Origin: Nitrososphaeraceae archaeon
Lineage (GTDB): Archaea; Thermoproteota; Nitrososphaeria; Nitrososphaerales; Nitrososphaeraceae
Assembly: GCA_035297365.1 (NCBI GenBank)
Contig: DATGZA010000075.1
Span: 32,001-96,000, forward strand
Direction of reading: 5' to 3'
Length of the DNA stretch: 64,000 bases
Positions 60,094 through 64,000 of this stretch are shown here, one piece after another. The notes beneath the pieces were generated by a model. The model was given only the letters and a program-made list of their open reading frames with translations, had not been told where the DNA came from and did not search any database. How positions within the stretch are numbered: position 1 is the stretch's first letter; each line of letters opens with the position of its first letter. The position numbers were made by a program, and so were the translations under genes.

Positions 60094-60858
60094 TTACCTC
60101 CAACCGATCCTTTCTGACAATGAAACTACCTCTCCTATTACTATTACCGCAGGTGGTTTAATAGATGATTCTTTCATCTTTTCTATAATATTTGATGCAT
60201 TTCCTATTATGATTTTTTGATCTTGAAGAGTACCACGTTCGATAATAGCTACTTTGGTATCTTTATCCAGCCCGTGATGTATTAATTTACCCATTATTTT
60301 TGGTAGATTCTCTATTCCCATAAGAATAACTATTGTATCCACAGATTTAGCCAATTTATCCCAATGAACACTTTTTTCTTCTTTGGTCGGATCTTCATGC
60401 CCTGTAACTATCGCAACTGAGGATGAAAGTTTTCTATGGGTGAGCGGAATTCCAGAATAAATTGCTGACCCTATTGCGGAGGAGATCCCGGGAACAATTT
60501 CAAATCGTACACCATTTTCATAAAGAAACTCTGCTTCTTCTCCTCCTCTACCAAAAATAAAAGGATCTCCGCCTTTGAGTCGTAAAACTTTTTTGCCATC
60601 TTGAGCGTACTTTAACATCATTTTATTAGTTTTTATTTGATTACTAGTAGGATCTCCAGAAGATCTTCCAACATAAAGCCGAATTGTTTTTTCTGGGATT
60701 AGTTTTAAGATTTCATTACTTACTAGACGATCATATAATATAATATCGCATTTTTTGATTAACTCATGACAACGTATTGTTATCAATTTCGGATTTCCAG
60801 GTCCAGAGCCACAAATGTAAACCTTGCCTTTAGCGATTTTTTTTGTTCCATTCGTCAA
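60094..60858 (-). CDS. cobA: uroporphyrinogen-III C-methyltransferase
   Basis: [35 protein letters not shown]; start probably TTG 60858. Confidence 0.94.
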   Translation of the reverse strand: MTNGTKKIAKGKVYICGSGPGNPKLITIRCHELIKKCDIILYDRLVSNEILKLIPEKTIRLYVGRSSGDPTSNQIKTNKMMLKYAQDGKKVLRLKGGDPFIFGRGGEEAEFLYENGVRFEIVPGISSAIGSAIYSGIPLTHRKLSSSVAIVTGHEDPTKEEKSVHWDKLAKSVDTIVILMGIENLPKIMGKLIHHGLDKDTKVAIIERGTLQDQKIIIGNASNIIEKMKESSIKPPAVIVIGEVVSLSERIGWR

Positions 60859-61786
60859 CAGCTTTATCCCACCCTTGTGCAAACCTAGCTGCACCATTCC
60901 TTAACAAATATTTAGCAGCTATATTTCCCAATCTCTTAGGGGAATCATAGGAACCTATTTTTTTAACAATCAATTGTTCTGACCCATCAGAGGAAAATAT
61001 TTTTGAAAAAAATCTTATACTGTTATTTCTTTTTGAAGCAATCGCACAAGCTCCTATTGGAAATCTACAACCGCCTTCTATTTTCGATATAAAAGTTCTT
61101 TCTACTTCGATAGATTTTCTTGAAGGTTCATCTTCAATTTTTTTCAAGAATTTAATTAGTGTTTTATTGTTTTTTTTAGATACTATTCCTAAGGCACCTT
61201 GTCCAGGCGCTGGTAGAAATTTTGTTATTTCAAGTCTTTGGCTAATTACATCTAACTTCCCCATTCTTTTTAGACCTGCTTCTGCAAGGATAATTCCATC
61301 GTAATCTCCTTTTAATGTTTTAGCTATTCTTGTATCTATGTTACCACGAATTGGTTTGACAATCAAATCCTTACGAAGATTAATCAACTGAATTGCTCTA
61401 CGTAAACTACTAGTACCAATAACAGAGTTCGAAGGAAGATCTATCAATTTTCTTTTTCTTTTACTAATTAAAACATCGTTTATAGATTCTCTTCGGGGTA
61501 TAGAAGAAATAGTCAAATTTTCATTTAGTGTAGAAGGAACGTCTTTGATACTATGAATTGCTACGTCTACTTCGTCATTTAGCACAGCTTCATTGATTTC
61601 TTTTTCAAATATCCCTTTCCTATCCATTGAAAATAATGCTTGTTGTTTATCTAAATCACCAGATGTTACAATTCTAACAATTTCATATTCGAAAACAGGA
61701 TTTACCCGTGAAAGAGATTCTAACACAATATTTGTCTGAGCAATGGCTAATTTGCTACCCCTAGTTCCTACTCTTAATGCCTTCAT
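60830..61786 (-). CDS. hemC: hydroxymethylbilane synthase
   Basis: GTRGSKLA, HSIKDVP, GTSSLRR, RGNIDTR, GGCRFPIG. Confidence 0.96.
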   Translation of the reverse strand: MKALRVGTRGSKLAIAQTNIVLESLSRVNPVFEYEIVRIVTSGDLDKQQALFSMDRKGIFEKEINEAVLNDEVDVAIHSIKDVPSTLNENLTISSIPRRESINDVLISKRKRKLIDLPSNSVIGTSSLRRAIQLINLRKDLIVKPIRGNIDTRIAKTLKGDYDGIILAEAGLKRMGKLDVISQRLEITKFLPAPGQGALGIVSKKNNKTLIKFLKKIEDEPSRKSIEVERTFISKIEGGCRFPIGACAIASKRNNSIRFFSKIFSSDGSEQLIVKKIGSYDSPKRLGNIAAKYLLRNGAARFAQGWDKAVDEWNKKNR

Positions 61787-63069
61787 TTTGTATTCATAAT
61801 ATTAAGTAATGAATTAGAATAACTTTCTATAGTTCTTTCTATATCTTCTTCATTATGAGAAAATGATGTAAAACATGTTTCAAATTGCGATGGAGGTATG
61901 AAGATATCCTTTTGAAGTAGCATCAAGAAAAATTTTTCAAATAATTTTTGATCTGATTTTATAACATCAAGTGTTGAGTTTACTTTTCCACTCGTAAAAT
62001 ATATTTGAAAAAGTGATCCTATGGAATTAATAGTAAAAAATTCATCGAATTTATTTATACTGTCCCTTATTCCCTTAACCAAAGTATCACATGATCGAGC
62101 CACTTGCGGATAAATTGTATTCTTATTAGCCTTCAATATTTGCATTGTAGCAATGCAAGCAGATACAGAAATAGGATTTCCAGCGTATGTACTAGCCTGA
62201 TAAACATTTCCGATTGGGGATAACTGGTCCATTATCTCTACCTTCCCACAAATTGCTGCAATTGGGAATCCGTTACCAAGCGATTTGGAAAATGTAGCAA
62301 GATCCGGTTTAATACCAAAAAATTCACTTGCCCCACCCAAGGATAGTCTGAATCCAGTTATCACCTCATCAAAGATTAAAATAATATCGTTCTCCCGAGT
62401 TATTTTTCTCAAATTGTTTAAATAATTTTTTTCAGGCAACACTAGACCATAGTTTCCCAAAATAGGCTCAACAATGAGACAGCTGATATTTCCTGATTCT
62501 TTTTTAATAATATTCTCTAGATCCTCTAGATCATTATATTTGACTATCAATGTCTCTTTAGAAATTTCTTCAAGCGAACCTTCTGAAGATGGGATATTTG
62601 CTGCTCCTGAACCCGCTTTTACTAGAACATAGTCATACGCTCCGTGATAACCTCCATCAAATTTTATTATTTTCTTTCTTTTATTAAATGCCCTGGAGAG
62701 TCTAATGGCAGTCATTGTGGATTCGGAGCCGGTGTTTAGAATTCTTACCTTTTCAGCACATGGAATAATGTTAGTCAAAAGTTCTGCAAGATATACCTCC
62801 TTTTCGGTAGGGATACAAAATAGCGTTCCCTTATCCAGCTGATTTTTTATTGTTTCCAGAACTTCAGGATATGAGTGACCTAGGAGTAAAGATCCATAAC
62901 CCATACAATAATCCAATAAAGTCCTATGATCAACAGTTACTATTTTACTTCCAAATCCAGAAGAAACAAAGAACGGGTATGGTTTAAAAAACCTTACAGG
63001 GCTGTTTACGCCGCCTGGAATTACCTTTACAGATCTATCAAATAATTCCTTTGACTTTATAAATTTCAA
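61783..63069 (-). CDS. hemL: glutamate-1-semialdehyde 2,1-aminomutase
   Basis: PGGVNSPVR, FDGGYHG, FDEVITGFR, PPSQFE. Confidence 0.96.
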   Translation of the reverse strand: MKFIKSKELFDRSVKVIPGGVNSPVRFFKPYPFFVSSGFGSKIVTVDHRTLLDYCMGYGSLLLGHSYPEVLETIKNQLDKGTLFCIPTEKEVYLAELLTNIIPCAEKVRILNTGSESTMTAIRLSRAFNKRKKIIKFDGGYHGAYDYVLVKAGSGAANIPSSEGSLEEISKETLIVKYNDLEDLENIIKKESGNISCLIVEPILGNYGLVLPEKNYLNNLRKITRENDIILIFDEVITGFRLSLGGASEFFGIKPDLATFSKSLGNGFPIAAICGKVEIMDQLSPIGNVYQASTYAGNPISVSACIATMQILKANKNTIYPQVARSCDTLVKGIRDSINKFDEFFTINSIGSLFQIYFTSGKVNSTLDVIKSDQKLFEKFFLMLLQKDIFIPPSQFETCFTSFSHNEEDIERTIESYSNSLLNIMNTK

Positions 63070-63107
63070 TAATAATTATTTTGATATTATTCTATTTATA
63101 AAATAAC

Positions 63108-64000
63108 TTATTTATTGTTAAGCATACTGGCCATTTTTTTTGCGTGATAAGTAATAATCATATCTGCACCTGCTCTTTTTATTGAGGTAAGAAACTCGGT
63201 CATCACATCTATTTCATTTATCCATCCTTGTTCAGAGGCTGCTTTAATTAAAGCATATTCACCAGAAACACTGAATGCACAAAGTGGAAGTTTAAAGGAT
63301 TCTCTTGCTTGGTATATAAGGTCTAGATAAGGAATTGCAGGCTTAACCATGATCATATCTGCACCTTCATTTACGTCCATTTCAATCTCTCTTAATGCTT
63401 CCTTTGGATTTGTGAATGGCATCTGATAGGTCTTTCTATCTCCAAATTCGGGATATGAACCTGCCAAGTCACGGAATGGGGTATATAAAGGAGATGCAAG
63501 TTTTGCAGAATAAGAAAGAATTGAAGTTTCAAAATATCCTTTTTCATCTAGTTCATGTCTGATGGCAGATACTTGTCCATCCATCATTGAAGAAGGTGCC
63601 ACAATATCTGTGCCTGCTGCTGCGTAACTCTCAGCAATTTTTGAGAGAATGACGTTAGTTGGATCGTTATCAATTTTTTTGTTTTTTGTTATACCACAAT
63701 GTCCTTTTGAAGTGTATTGGCACATGCATACGTCAGATATGATGACTACTTTTTCACCAAAGTTACTGCGTATATTTTTGATTGTCTTTTGAATAATTCC
63801 TTTTTCACTATATGCTGCATTTGCTTTATCATCTTTATCAGATTCAATTCCAAACAAGATTACGGAATTTATCCCCAGCTTCAAAATTGAATCAACTTCA
63901 TCAGTGATTTTAGACAAAGGCAATCGCTTAACGTCTTGCATAGAAGATATATTTTTTGGTTCCTTTAATCCTGATTCTACAAAAACTGGACAAATAAAAT
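63108..64000 (-). CDS. hemB: porphobilinogen synthase (5' end beyond window)
   Basis: DVCMCQYTSKGHCG, YSAK, PFRDLA, GDRKTYQ, MVKP, SGEY; frame open to the window end. Confidence 0.95.
   Translation of the reverse strand, partial: FICPVFVESGLKEPKNISSMQDVKRLPLSKITDEVDSILKLGINSVILFGIESDKDDKANAAYSEKGIIQKTIKNIRSNFGEKVVIISDVCMCQYTSKGHCGITKNKKIDNDPTNVILSKIAESYAAAGTDIVAPSSMMDGQVSAIRHELDEKGYFETSILSYSAKLASPLYTPFRDLAGSYPEFGDRKTYQMPFTNPKEALREIEMDVNEGADMIMVKPAIPYLDLIYQARESFKLPLCAFSVSGEYALIKAASEQGWINEIDVMTEFLTSIKRAGADMIITYHAKKMASMLNNK

Overview
AT-rich chromosomal window from an ammonia-oxidising archaeon (Nitrososphaerota/Thaumarchaeota, probably Nitrososphaeraceae). This is inferred from a single-chain topoisomerase IB, archaeal r-proteins S24e/S27ae/L10e, EF-1beta, SRP54, type II GAPDH, CofG/CofH and BHB-type tRNA introns. 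Most genes are housekeeping: translation, tetrapyrrole synthesis (hemB-hemL-hemC-cobA-hemD), SUF Fe-S assembly, F420 synthesis and trpGD. There are four tRNAs, one C/D box sRNA, two decayed IS elements (IS5-like, IS481-like) and a frameshifted DUF929 gene. No CRISPR array, rRNA or intact mobile element was seen. Items worth follow-up: (1) a tRNA-splicing endonuclease subunit split by a -1 frameshift at TTTT-A11, in the same window as a tRNA-Tyr with two BHB introns; (2) C54 instead of U54 in two tRNAs, next to a Pus10 with a variant catalytic loop; (3) a coupled wHTH/coiled-coil plus P-loop ATPase gene pair of unknown function; (4) a second, divergent hemB lacking both lid arginines; (5) unannotated Cys/His micro-proteins, one apparently starting at ATT; (6) a bacterial-type pgk. 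All calls rest on motif recognition by eye; no database searches were run.
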